From: Planctomycetota bacterium
GTDB taxonomy: Bacteria > Planctomycetota > UBA1135 > UBA2386
Length of the DNA: 64,000 nt
Assembly (NCBI GenBank): GCA_965228735.1
Contig: OZ245838.1
Location: forward strand, 2,656,001-2,720,000
Direction of reading: 5' to 3'
Made by a program: the position numbers and the translations under genes. Below are positions 27,988 to 38,400 of the stretch, piece after piece; position 1 is the stretch's first letter; the number at the start of each line of letters is the position of its first letter. The notes beneath the pieces were generated by a model. It saw nothing but the letters and a program-made list of their open reading frames with translations. It had not been told where the DNA came from and did no database searches.

Positions 27988-28866
27988 ATGGCCCGGGAAA
28001 TGCCGACTTCTCGCTTTGCCTCGGCTGGGTTCACACTCATGGAACTCATGATCGCCGTGGCGATCCTCGCCGTGATCGCAGCGATCGCGATCCCGCAGTA
28101 CGTCTCGGCCCTGCAAGTCGCGCGCGTCGGCAGGGCCCGCGCCGAACTTCGAACCATCGCCGGGGCGATCGACAGCTACCTCGCCGCGCACGGAACGCTG
28201 CCGCTGACGCTCTATGAGGTCGACTTCGGCGGCAAGCGGGACCCGTGGGGTCTGCCATACTGCTACTTCAACTACGGCGCCGGTACGGGAGACGGGCTCG
28301 ACTGGGCGGTCGGAGCCGGCCTCGTCGACCCGAGCGCGATCGTGGCTCGTGCCGAGCCTGCGCGAGCACGCCGCGTCCAGGTGGCCGGACTGGGCGGGGC
28401 GCGGCCAGAAGCGTTCTCCCATCGTGCATCGCCTGAACGGAGACAGGGACAAGGCCAAGGCCAAGGCCAGGGGCAAGGCCAAGGCCAAGGCCAGGGACAA
28501 GGCCAGGGACAAGGCCAGGGACAAGGCCAAGGACAAGGCCAGGGACAAGGCCAGGGACAAGGCCAGGGACAAGGCCTGCAGGGACACCCTTCGCTGCGTG
28601 GCCTGACCAACGCCCTGAAGAAGAGTCAGAACGAGCGCCTGCTCGACGTCATCGCCAAGAAGTCCGGATTCCGGATGTTCACCGCGGTCGATGCCGAATC
28701 GACGCGCCGTCGAGACCGCTTCCTGTTCCCTCTGAACACCGACTACGACCTGTTCACACTCGGACCGGATGGTGCCACGTCCGTCTCGCTCGGCGAGACG
28801 GTCGCCCAGGACGACGTCATCCGGGCCAACAACGGCGGCTTCTTCGGCTCGGTCTCGGAGTACTGA
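27988..28866 (+). CDS. Prepilin-type (GspG-like) protein with (QG)22 insertion
   Basis: AG/FTLMELMIAVAILAVIAAIAIPQY; DPWG.PY; C-terminal PLNTDYDLFTLGPDG...DDVIRANNGGFFG. Start 27988 or 28000. Confidence 0.85.
   Translation: MAREMPTSRFASAGFTLMELMIAVAILAVIAAIAIPQYVSALQVARVGRARAELRTIAGAIDSYLAAHGTLPLTLYEVDFGGKRDPWGLPYCYFNYGAGTGDGLDWAVGAGLVDPSAIVARAEPARARRVQVAGLGGARPEAFSHRASPERRQGQGQGQGQGQGQGQGQGQGQGQGQGQGQGQGQGQGQGQGQGQGLQGHPSLRGLTNALKKSQNERLLDVIAKKSGFRMFTAVDAESTRRRDRFLFPLNTDYDLFTLGPDGATSVSLGETVAQDDVIRANNGGFFGSVSEY
28444..28575 (+). repeat. 6-bp coding tandem repeat (CARGGN x22) encoding (Gln-Gly)22
   Basis: Directly visible, with synonymous variation between units. Confidence 0.95.
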
Positions 28867-28870
28867 TCGC

Positions 28871-29497
28871 ATGGCATCGTTCAAGCGCCGCCGCCTGCTC
28901 GTCGACCGACGACTCCAGGGCAGCATCATCTCCCATGCCTCGACTGCCGTGGTGTTCGTGCTGCTCGTCGGGATCGCCGGCTCGATCGTGCCGCTCGTCT
29001 GGCAGCTAAGCTCCGGCCGCAGCGCCGACCACGAGAGCGCCGGCATCATCATGCTCTACCTGCACGAGCGGCTCTGGCCGCTGGCGCTGTTCGGCCTGCT
29101 GGTCGTCGCCGGTTCGGCACTGCACTTCTCGCACCGGATCGCCGGCCCGCTCGTGCGCGTGCGGCGTCATCTGCGGCAACTCGGCGATGGCGAGATCCCG
29201 CCGCCCCTGCGGACCCGACCGCGCGACTTCCTCAAGGTCGAGGTCGAGTGCCTGAACTTCGCGGCCAGCGGCATCGCGCATCGGATCGAGACGATCGGCC
29301 GCGGCCACCGGGCGGTCGAGCGCGCGTTCGCAGAGCTCGGAACGACCCCGGGTCCGGCAGCGGAAGCGGCGCTGGCCCGCGCGATCGACGAACTCGGCGC
29401 GGCGATCGCCGAGTTGCGCCTCCCCGCGGCCGGAGCGGCCTCGGACGAGCAACCGCAGGGTGACCGTCTCCTGGCCCTCGACGACGCCATGTCATGA
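28871..29497 (+). CDS. Two-TM membrane protein with HAMP-like segment
   Basis: MASFKRRRLLVDRRLQG, two TM helices, SHRIAGPL.R...LGDG....RPRD; 4 bp after the upstream stop and overlapping the kinase start. Confidence 0.7.
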   Translation: MASFKRRRLLVDRRLQGSIISHASTAVVFVLLVGIAGSIVPLVWQLSSGRSADHESAGIIMLYLHERLWPLALFGLLVVAGSALHFSHRIAGPLVRVRRHLRQLGDGEIPPPLRTRPRDFLKVEVECLNFAASGIAHRIETIGRGHRAVERAFAELGTTPGPAAEAALARAIDELGAAIAELRLPAAGAASDEQPQGDRLLALDDAMS

Positions 29498-31296
29498 GCG
29501 CCGTCACCAATCCGCTGCGCTCGCGGGTCGGCCGCCGCATCGTCCTGCTGTTCGCCGGCTGCGCGCTCGGACCGCTCGTCGCGTTCCAGCTCGTCTCGAC
29601 GCAGAGCATCCGCGAAACGAGCGAGCAGCAGACCGAGAGCCAGCTTCACGGCCTGGCCAAGACGTCGGGCATGATGGTCGCGGCGCGGCTGGCCAGCATT
29701 CGCAGAGAACTCAGACTCGCTGCGGCAGTTGCTCGATTCCAGGCCCGAGCCGAGGGCTTCCTGGCCGACGCCGAGGTCTATCCCGTGCTGGCCGAACACG
29801 CACTCTCGCTGCAGCTCGTCGGAACCGAGACTCGTCGCGTTCTCGTCGGCGATGCCGACCCGACACCGCTCCGGTTGGATGCCGCGGACGAGCAGCATCT
29901 CGCGCAGGGCGCCGCCCTGCTACGGCTCCATGGTCCCGCGAACGCGATCGTCATGGCGGCGGCCGTCGAACCGCCGCGACTCGACCAACTGCTCGTTGCC
30001 GCGGTCGACCCGAACTGGTTCTGGACATCCGTAGAGATGGCCGGGCCCGGCTGCGAGTTCATGGCCATGGATCGCTCCGGGAATGTGCTGTTCCACACGT
30101 CGACCACGCCACCGGCACCCGAGCAGTTGCCGGTCCAAGGCGCGACCACCTCGCCGTCCGGCACCTTCGAGTGGACGCTCGATGGCAAGCCGCACATCGC
30201 TCGGTATTGGCACTTGTTCGTCGAACCGCAGTACCGCGTCAATCTGCTCGTGGTGCAATCGCTTCCCAAAGCCAGCGCGTTCGCAGTGAGTGACTCGTTC
30301 GTGAACTGGGCCTGGCTCTTTGCCAGCGCGACCCTCCTGGCCGCGGCCTTCGCGAGCCTGGTGCAGATTCGGCGCACGCTGCAGCCCGTCTTGTCGCTGC
30401 GGCAAGCCTCGGAACGCCTGGGCGCGGACCTGAGCACCCGAGCCGAGGTCAGCAGCGAGGACGAGTTCGGCGAACTCGCGAGCACTTTCAACGAGATGGC
30501 CGGACGGCTCCAGGCCAGCTTCGAGCGGCAGCAGTGCACCGAGCAGGAGCTGATACGGTCACGCGATGACGCGCTGGCCGCGGTGCGGGCCAGAGAGGCG
30601 TTTCTCACCAATGTCTCGCACGAGCTGCGGACGCCGATGGCGAAGATCCTCAGCTCTACCGAGATCCTGATGATGCTGAGCCCGGAGGACAACGAGGCCC
30701 GACAGGACTTCACGCAGATCGCGCTCGCAGGCGCCAACGACCTGTCCGGCATCCTCGACGACGTGCTGGCACTCGCCAGCGCTCGCGTGCCAGCGGACGG
30801 TACGATCGCGGTGCCACGGCTCATCGACACGCTGCAGGAGCAACTCGCCGACGATGTCCGCCAGAGGCTGCAGGTCAGCCTCGCCGACGAACTGCCGCTG
30901 GTGATGGGCGACCTGCCCGTGCTCGCCGCTGCCATCCGTCACGTGCTGGACAACGCCGTCAAGTTCGGGCCGGACGGAGCGCCGATCGAGCTGCGCGTGA
31001 GCCGGCAGGGCAACGCCGTTCACATCGACGTGTCCGACCGCGGCCCGGGCATCGAGCCAGCCGATCTGGAACGCGTCTTCGAACCGTTCGTGCAGGTCGG
31101 TCGGGATCAGATGATCGACAAGGCCAACGGCACGGGTGTCGGCCTCGCCCTCGCCCGTCGCGCGGCGGAATCGTGCAACGGCACCCTCACCGTGTCGAGC
31201 ACGGTCGGAACCGGCTCGACGTTTCGTTTCACGCTGCGGATCGTGGCCGTGGACCAGCCCGGCCAGGCCGCCACTCAGCCGGCCCATCTCGCGTAG
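29494..31296 (+). CDS. Membrane sensor histidine kinase (periplasmic sensor, HAMP, HisKA, HATPase)
   Basis: DEFGELASTFNEMA (HAMP), VSHELRTP (H box), LDNAVKF (N), DRGPGI (G1), FEPFVQ (F), GTGVGL (G2). Confidence 0.93.
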   Translation: MSAVTNPLRSRVGRRIVLLFAGCALGPLVAFQLVSTQSIRETSEQQTESQLHGLAKTSGMMVAARLASIRRELRLAAAVARFQARAEGFLADAEVYPVLAEHALSLQLVGTETRRVLVGDADPTPLRLDAADEQHLAQGAALLRLHGPANAIVMAAAVEPPRLDQLLVAAVDPNWFWTSVEMAGPGCEFMAMDRSGNVLFHTSTTPPAPEQLPVQGATTSPSGTFEWTLDGKPHIARYWHLFVEPQYRVNLLVVQSLPKASAFAVSDSFVNWAWLFASATLLAAAFASLVQIRRTLQPVLSLRQASERLGADLSTRAEVSSEDEFGELASTFNEMAGRLQASFERQQCTEQELIRSRDDALAAVRAREAFLTNVSHELRTPMAKILSSTEILMMLSPEDNEARQDFTQIALAGANDLSGILDDVLALASARVPADGTIAVPRLIDTLQEQLADDVRQRLQVSLADELPLVMGDLPVLAAAIRHVLDNAVKFGPDGAPIELRVSRQGNAVHIDVSDRGPGIEPADLERVFEPFVQVGRDQMIDKANGTGVGLALARRAAESCNGTLTVSSTVGTGSTFRFTLRIVAVDQPGQAATQPAHLA

Positions 31297-31338
31297 CAAG
31301 GTCGCGATCGGGCCCGGCCCTGACTCGCCGGCTCGCGC

Positions 31339-31986
31339 CTACCGAATCGGATCGCCGATCACGATTGCCACACGGCGGTTCGCGGCCTTGTTCGAGCCGA
31401 GCGGATCGAACGGCCCGTAGCCGACGACGGCGATCGCGGACTCCGGCACGCCCTGCGAGACGAGGTAGCGCGCAACCGAATCGGCGCGCTCGCTCGAGAG
31501 GTGACGGTTGCTGCGGAACTTGTTCTTCGTGCGCCGGATCGGATCGGTGTCCGTGTGGCCCTCGACGAAGATGCGCTTGCCCGCGTGCCGCGACTTGAGA
31601 ACGCTCGCGACGTTCTGCAGCACGCGGTGCGCCGACGACTTGAGCGCGGTGCTGCCGGAGTCGAACGTGACGGAGTTGTTCACGTCGATGCTCAGGCGGC
31701 CGCGGCGGTAGGACACCGACGCGTCGTCGCCGACGGCGCGCTGCGTGTCCGAAACCTCGTCGTTCGACCGCGCCGGCGTCGCCGACGCGTCACGCAGCGC
31801 GGCCTGCGCCGCCTGCTCACGCCGGAGCAGTTCGTCGTTCTCACCGCGCAGCTGGGCCACCTGGCCATTGAGCTCGCGGATGCGCGCGTCGCGCTCGCGC
31901 AGCATGTCCTGGTAGCGCGTCGTGCAACCGGCGCTGAGCATCAGGATGGAAGCGGAGAGGAACAGAATCGATTTGCGGAACAGCAT
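31339..31986 (-). CDS. OmpA/MotB-family peptidoglycan-binding lipoprotein
   Basis: Lipobox LSAG-C, coiled coil, FDSGS, VEGHTDTDPI, NRHLSSERADSV, NRRV. Confidence 0.9.
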   Translation of the reverse strand: MLFRKSILFLSASILMLSAGCTTRYQDMLRERDARIRELNGQVAQLRGENDELLRREQAAQAALRDASATPARSNDEVSDTQRAVGDDASVSYRRGRLSIDVNNSVTFDSGSTALKSSAHRVLQNVASVLKSRHAGKRIFVEGHTDTDPIRRTKNKFRSNRHLSSERADSVARYLVSQGVPESAIAVVGYGPFDPLGSNKAANRRVAIVIGDPIR

Positions 31987-32069
31987 GGTGCCTCGGACTT
32001 CGGGGGTGCTGGAACTGGACAGCTGGAATGGGTTGTGGTGCAGGAAACGAGAACGCTGCAGCGCTCACA

Positions 32070-33065
32070 TCAGGTTCGCCGAGCGCGGCGCAGCAGCAGG
32101 AAGAGGGCAACGAGTGAGGCGAGCCCGACGACGAGCAACAGCCACGGCGCGTTCTCGCTTTGGCGCTGCCAATCGGGCCAGGTCACGAACAGGAAGTGCT
32201 GGATCGGGTCGCCGGCGAACAGCGCGATCACGGCGCCGAGCGCGAGATACGGGCCGAACGGGATCTTCGACGCGGCGCCGCGGCGCATCACGGCGACGAT
32301 GCCGAACGCGGCGCCGAGCACGCACGCGAGGAACATCGTGAGCAGCGCGTTCTGCCAACCGACGAACGCGCCGATCATGCCCATGAACTTCACGTCCCCG
32401 AATCCCATGGCCTCCTTCTTGAAGGCCCAGGCGCCGAGGATGCGGATGCCCCACGTGAGGCCGCCGCCGACGACGAGGCCGGCGAGGCTGCCGAGAACGG
32501 TCTCGACCGCGGGCGGCACGCTCGGATCGTCGATCAGCGATCCCGCGACACCCGGCCACAGTCCCGCGAGCAGACCGATCGCCATACCCGGCTTGGTGAG
32601 TCGATCCGGCAGGATGAAGTGATCGATGTCGATGAACGTGCACGCGACGAGCAGCGCGAGGAACGTCGCGAGCGCGACGAACGCGCCGAGCGCGACGCCG
32701 TGCGGCACGAAGCCGTCCTCGAACAGCTCCAGCGCGGGACCGAAGCTCGCGCCCGTGCCGGGCACGTTCGGCGGATAGCGCGCGAGCAACAGGAACAGCA
32801 CGGCCGTGAGCAGTTCGACCGCGGGATAGCGGACCGAGATGCGCTGTCCGCAGCACCGCGCCTTGCCCCGCAGCAGCAGCCATCCGAGCACGGGCAGGTT
32901 GTCGTGCCAGCGGATCGGGGCACCGCAGTGCGGGCAGTGCGAACGGCCGCCGAGCGAGCGCTTGCTCGGATCCTCCTGCGGCAGTCGGTACACGACGACG
33001 TTCAGGAACGAGCCGATGCACGCCCCGAAGAGCGCGGCTCCCACCTGGAACACCGCCGTGGACAT
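32070..33065 (-). CDS. pilD: Prepilin peptidase (A24) PilD
   Basis: GSFLNVVVYRLP, SHCPHC, W.DNLPVLGWLLLRGK.RCC, FIDIDH, MGFGDVK, IPFGPYLA; likely start ATG 33065. Confidence 0.95.
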   Translation of the reverse strand: MSTAVFQVGAALFGACIGSFLNVVVYRLPQEDPSKRSLGGRSHCPHCGAPIRWHDNLPVLGWLLLRGKARCCGQRISVRYPAVELLTAVLFLLLARYPPNVPGTGASFGPALELFEDGFVPHGVALGAFVALATFLALLVACTFIDIDHFILPDRLTKPGMAIGLLAGLWPGVAGSLIDDPSVPPAVETVLGSLAGLVVGGGLTWGIRILGAWAFKKEAMGFGDVKFMGMIGAFVGWQNALLTMFLACVLGAAFGIVAVMRRGAASKIPFGPYLALGAVIALFAGDPIQHFLFVTWPDWQRQSENAPWLLLVVGLASLVALFLLLRRARRT

Positions 33066-33302
33066 TGAACGCGGATACGCTGCTGCTGACCGGAACGGAG
33101 GCGCGACAGACACACACCTCCGGCACGGGAACCGCGGCCCCACCGGCCGCCGCCCGTCGCGCTGACCCACGACGTGCGAGATGCCCCCGACCGCCGCATC
33201 ATACGGTCACGCCGAATCGAATCCAGGGCGCTCCGCACAACATTGCGCGCCCGTCAACCGCACCCATGACATCAGGATCGGGGTGGCAGGGCCGTCGCGC
33301 CG

Positions 33303-35207
33303 TCAGCGATCCGCGAGCCGCAGCTCCTCGAAGCTGGGCAGCGGCAGGCCCGCGACGAGATCGGCCGACACGAGGAAGCGGCCGAAGCTGCCGGGCTCGA
33401 GCGCGAGCCATTCGCCGTCCGTGGCGCGGCGCGGCCGGGCCAGGCGATCCGACCGCAGGTCGGCACGATCGGGCTGGACCGGGTCCGCCGGCGCGGTCTG
33501 CCATTCGACCCGCAGCGCGGGATCGACGTCGACGAAGCGCAGCACTCCGCGATCGCGGTCGCGGCCGAGCTCGCGCCACTCGGACCTCGCCTGCGCCCGG
33601 ATGCGCGCGCCCGGCGCGAGCCCGTACTCGAACTCGACGGTCGTCGGGAACGACTGCCCGCGCGGTCCGACGATCGGCGTCGAGCCGCGCGCGACGCCGC
33701 GTTCAACGGCCAGCACGGTGTTGTACGGCATCTCGCCGCCGAGCTCGATGCGCGCGGCCGACGCGACCGTGAGCGCGGTCTGGTCCGTCGGCAGCGGCCG
33801 CGCGGTCGTGACCGTGCCCGACAGCCAGATGTCCCCCGCGGCGACGAGCGCGGCCGGGGCCTGAGCGAGCACCTCGCTGGCCGGCGCCCCGCGCTGCAGC
33901 CGCGGCACGAGCTCGGTCGGGGTCGAAAGTTCGAGCGTGCCCGCGACGCGGATGCCGCCGCAGGCCAGGAGCTGCACCGGCACGGACGACTCGACGCGCA
34001 CGCGCACGCCGGCCGGGATGTCGATCGCGAGGAACGGGAAGTCGGCGCCGACGCTCTGCACGAGCACGCCGTCCCCGCGGTCGAACGGCACGCCGGGCCG
34101 CAGCGTGATGTCGGCCTGCGGCCGGAAGACCCCGAGACTGCCGTCCCCGGCCTCGATCCGCACGCGCGGCCGCACGAGGCCGGCGCGGGCTTCGAAGCCC
34201 GGCTGCAGTTCGTCGTCGCCGACCAGCCCACCGTCGTCGGTGGGCCACGCGAAGAGCGGCAACGCCGAACCCGCGACGACGAGCCAGAACTGCGCCTGAC
34301 CGACGGGGCCGCCGAAGACCTCCTGGTCCGCGAGGTCGCGCAGCGAGTGCGGACCGTCCGCGAGGGTCACGCTCAGTAGTTCGCCAGGATCGAGTTCGAC
34401 GCGCGGGCCGCCGCCGTGGAGCCGCGGCTCGGAGCCGAGGTCGAGCTCGACGGTCGAGCCCGGGTGCTGATCGAGCGGCGCGGTGAGCAGCCGCGCGCGG
34501 CGCACTTCGAGGCGCTGCTGGGGTTGCGCGAGGTGCACGATGAACGCCTCGGGCCGCACCGTCGTCGGCAGCACGGGCAGCGTGAAGTGCAGCCGCAGCC
34601 GCGGCGCGTCGGCCGGCAGCCGACTCGCGATGTCGCCCGGCAGCTGACGATGCTGCAGGAATGGCAGCTCGGTGCTCGGCGGCCGCAGCGGTGCCGGCAG
34701 CCGCCCGTTCGCGGTTTGGACCGGACCGAACTCCGCGGTCCGGAAGCCGAGCGTCGGCGCCGCGGCCAGGCGCCGGCCGTCGACCGCGCGCACCGCGTCG
34801 GGCCGCGGGTAGCTCGCGACCACGAGTCGATAGCTCTCGCCCGGCAGGAACGAGCCGTCGTCGAGCGCGGGCGACAGCGGCGGCTCCGGCGCGAACGTCA
34901 CCCAGTTGGTCCCGGTCCGCAACGTCCCGGGCACCGCGTGGCCGGCGGCGTCGAACACGGCGACCGAGGCGGCGGTCACGCTCAACGGGTCGATCGCGTC
35001 CGAGAAGTAGACCGTGACGTTGTCGTTGAGCAGCAGCGGCGCGGCGTCGGCCTCGCCGAGGTCGTGGGGCGAGACCCGCGTCACGCTCAGGGGCGCGGCC
35101 GGCGGCGGCGACGACCGCCAGCACCCGGCCGCACCGAGCAGTGCCGTGCAAGCCGCGACTGCCGCGATCCTGGATACCGCCCGGGGCTCGACCATTCGGC
35201 TCGTCAT
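33303..35207 (-). CDS. Lipoprotein with Ig-like domains; shortened relative of 39762..43205
   Basis: Lipobox LGAAG-C; LNDNVTVYFSDAIDPLSV; F.P..P....DDGSF.PG..Y matches FVPRFP....DNGGFKPG..Y of the 1147-aa protein. Start uncertain (35195-35225). Confidence 0.75.
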   Translation of the reverse strand: MTSRMVEPRAVSRIAAVAACTALLGAAGCWRSSPPPAAPLSVTRVSPHDLGEADAAPLLLNDNVTVYFSDAIDPLSVTAASVAVFDAAGHAVPGTLRTGTNWVTFAPEPPLSPALDDGSFLPGESYRLVVASYPRPDAVRAVDGRRLAAAPTLGFRTAEFGPVQTANGRLPAPLRPPSTELPFLQHRQLPGDIASRLPADAPRLRLHFTLPVLPTTVRPEAFIVHLAQPQQRLEVRRARLLTAPLDQHPGSTVELDLGSEPRLHGGGPRVELDPGELLSVTLADGPHSLRDLADQEVFGGPVGQAQFWLVVAGSALPLFAWPTDDGGLVGDDELQPGFEARAGLVRPRVRIEAGDGSLGVFRPQADITLRPGVPFDRGDGVLVQSVGADFPFLAIDIPAGVRVRVESSVPVQLLACGGIRVAGTLELSTPTELVPRLQRGAPASEVLAQAPAALVAAGDIWLSGTVTTARPLPTDQTALTVASAARIELGGEMPYNTVLAVERGVARGSTPIVGPRGQSFPTTVEFEYGLAPGARIRAQARSEWRELGRDRDRGVLRFVDVDPALRVEWQTAPADPVQPDRADLRSDRLARPRRATDGEWLALEPGSFGRFLVSADLVAGLPLPSFEELRLADR

Positions 35208-35327
35208 GCTACCTCGGTTGGTCAAAACGAACGACCCTGCGGCACGCTCCCGACCAATTCCTCCCCCACCAACGGACGACGGCGCGCCCGGATCCAGGAT
35301 CCGGACGCGCCATCGGGCTCGTCTCGC

Positions 35328-35467
35328 CGATCGGCGATCGGCGATCGGCGATCGGCGAACCGAGCGCCTCGACCTACTGTGGCACGACTCGATAGACGAT
35401 CGCCAATTGGCGATCGTCGAACCGAGCGGCTCGACCTACTGCGGCACGACTCGATAGACGATCGCCA
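35328..35467. repeat. Compound repeat: (CGATCGG)4, 59-bp direct repeat (35347..35405 / 35409..35467) and 24-bp palindrome 35395..35418
   Basis: Three mismatches between the 59-bp copies; the second copy contains the end of the 35436 gene. Confidence 0.9.
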
Positions 35468-38400
35468 TGCTGCGCAGCGACGGCGACAGCGCCGGCGTCA
35501 CGTCGACGTTGTTCGTCATCGTCAGGCGCGCGTTGAGGTAACGCGGCAGCAGACCCGTCGCCGGGTTGCGGATCTGGCCGAGCTGGCCCTCGGTCACGTA
35601 CCGGGTCAGACCCGTCGTCCCGACGCGCGGCTGATCGCCGCCACCCGTGAGGTGGCCCTCGGCGTAGTTCGCCTGCGAGTAGCGGAACGCCTCACACGCG
35701 TAGTTCGGGTTCAGCAGGTTGCCGCGGCCGTCGAACGTGTCGTCCGGGGTCTGGCCCGCGCCATCGAACGTCGGGTTGTAGAGCCCAGGGTCAGCGCTCG
35801 GATCACCGATCGCCTCGACGCCACGCAGCTCGAGCACGACGGACGTGCCGGCCGGCTGGCGACCCGCGGGCGGATCGAGCTGGGTGACGAGGTTCGTCAC
35901 GCGCAGGTTCGTGCCGATCCCGGCGAGGTTCGGGAAGCCGTCCGAGAACTCGATCGTCGGCGTGCCGCTCGGATCGTTCACGAACTCGGCGCGCTGCGGC
36001 TGCAGCGTGTCGATGAAGCCGAACGTCATCGTGGACACCTTGCGCACGAAGTCGGCCTGGGCCCAGTTGAGCATGCCGTCGCGCGGCGGGGCCTGGAACA
36101 GCGCGCGCTCCAGGTTGCCGTAGCCGGCGTCCTTCAGCACGTTGTACGGACCGGCCGCATCGAGCGTGTTCGCCGGGTCGACGATGATCTCGGAGTTGCC
36201 CGTGAGCGGGACACCGCCCGAAGCGTGCACGCGGACCGACGGCCACGCGGGGCGCGTGCCACAGCCGGCCGGCACGCCGTCGTAGTAGCCGCCCCACGGC
36301 GCGAAGCCGTAGCTCGGCGGGCCGAGCAGCGCGAGCTGGAACGAGTTGCTCGCGATCGCGAGGCCGTTGGCCGCGCTGTCGGCGAACACCTTGTAGTCGA
36401 CCAGCAGCGGCAGCGCGATCGGGTCGTGGTCGTGGCGGTGGTTGCCCTTGAAGTCGCCCGGATCCATGACCCACTCGGACGGGCCTGCGACCTCACCGTT
36501 CGCCGGGAACGCGTCCGAGATCCACGGCGAACTGATGTGCGCGGTCCAGTCGTCGTTCGGATCCTCGGCGCCAGGCGTCTGCGCGCCGCCGAGACCGATG
36601 ACCTGGCCCGACGCATCGATCGTCACGAGGCGCGAGTCACGCCAGGTGTAGCTGCGGTCGAAGCGCGGGAACGGCACGTAGGTGACGTTGAACGCCGAGC
36701 GGAACGCGTTGTTCGGGTTGATCGTGTAGACCTTGTCCGCGAACACCGGCACCTGCGCGGTGCCCTCGAGCACGTTGTCGGCGAAGACCGTCGACAGCGC
36801 GCTGCTGTTGCTCGTGCACAGGTAGTCACAGGTCGGCAGGGTCGGCGGCACCGGCGGCATGGCCGTCGGATCGCCGGGCACACCGGCGTTCAGGCGCCAG
36901 ACCTCGTCGGGCCGCTTGTCGCTGTGCGACAGCGACATCGACATGCGATCGAAGACGTCGAAGAAGACCGTCTCGTCGTTGAACGGCGACCAGTAGAGCT
37001 GGTCGACGTCGATGCCCATGTCCGTCGCCTGGTGGTAATCGAGGGAGAAGTCGTCCTCGAGGTAGCGCATCTGCATGCGCGACCCGCGGGTGTTCAACGG
37101 CTCGATCACCCGGCCGACGCTCTGCGGCACGGTCTGATAGAACTCGTAGACCGTCGGCACGATCGGCGGCGCGATCGAATCGAACATCCGCGGGTTCCAG
37201 TAGAGCAGCCCGGTGTGGACGTTCATCATCTGGTCGACCGGCGCGAGGCCGATCCCGCCCTGCGGCGACGTCGGGCCGGTGCCCTCGGTCTCCCAGTCGA
37301 AGTCCGGATCCCAGCACTCACCACGCGTCACGCGGCTGATCGTGCCGAGGTTCTGGCTGTCCGCGGTGCGGCTGAAGCGCACGCCCGCGGCGCCGATCAG
37401 GCGGCCGTCCTGCAGGCGGAACTGGCCGAACAGGTCGACCGAGCCCGGCAGCGAACCGTCCTCGTCCGAGTCCCGGAACAGGTAGGTGTGCCAGCCCACG
37501 AGGTTGTCGGGCATCGCTTCGTAGATCTGGAGGTCGACCGACCAGCTCGCGAGCGGGTTGATCGGATCGCCGAAGACCTCGACCGGGTTGCCGCCGAGGT
37601 CGAGCACGCCTTCCTGGCCGAGCTTGACGTGGAAGCCGTAGGTCTCGGAGGTGTTCTCCTCGTGGAAGAAGCCGAGCTGCGGCTGCAGGCGCAGCACCGT
37701 GCCGTCCCCACCGAGGTCGGCGAGGCGCGACGGCACGACGCGAGCGGTCGCCCGCTTCGGGTCCGTCATCTGCTCGGCGAACGTCTCGTCGAGGATCGAC
37801 GTGTTGGTGAGCACCAGGTTCTCGGTGTTGTCGATCTGGTCGAGATCGAGCGGCTTGGTGAACTCGATCGCGACCGACGACTGCGGCACGAGCTTGCCCG
37901 CACCCGGCTGGCCGGCGGCCGGCGGCTGCGGCTCGATGCGCAGGAACTGCTCACGCCACTGCGAGTCCGAAACGGCCTGGCTGCCGGTCGAGAACGGCAC
38001 GTCCTCGTAGTAGCGGGCGCGCAGGATGCAGTCGCGCCCCTCGGGTGCCCCGAGCGGATCCTCGGGCGCGAGGAACGAGTGCAGCGTGCCCTCCGAGTCG
38101 CGGCCGCCGGCGAGCGTCGAGACGCGCACATCGATCTGCGGCAGCGTCTCGCCCTGGTCGCCATTCGCGCTCAGGCCGATCGGCAGCGCGCCGCCGACCC
38201 GCGAGCCGATCGCGAGGTTCTCGAGGATCTCGGCCTGCACCGTCACGGTCTCGAGCGCGCCCGTCGAGAGCTGCACCAGGCGCTCCTGCGTGAGGATGTC
38301 GCCGGCGCGCAGCGCGCGCACCGTCGGCACGTTGACCGGGCCGACCGGCACGTCGTTGGCCGCGAGCGGGCCGTCGACGAACGGGTAGCGACCGCGCACC

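Noticed and set aside
31339..31986. Flagellar MotB
   Set aside because: It has a lipobox rather than the MotB TM helix with conserved Asp, and no motA or flagellar genes are nearby.
35328..35467. Possible mini-CRISPR, DGR template/variable repeat or attachment site
   Set aside because: Only two copies 3 bp apart; mismatches are not adenine-specific; no cas, reverse transcriptase or integrase in the window.
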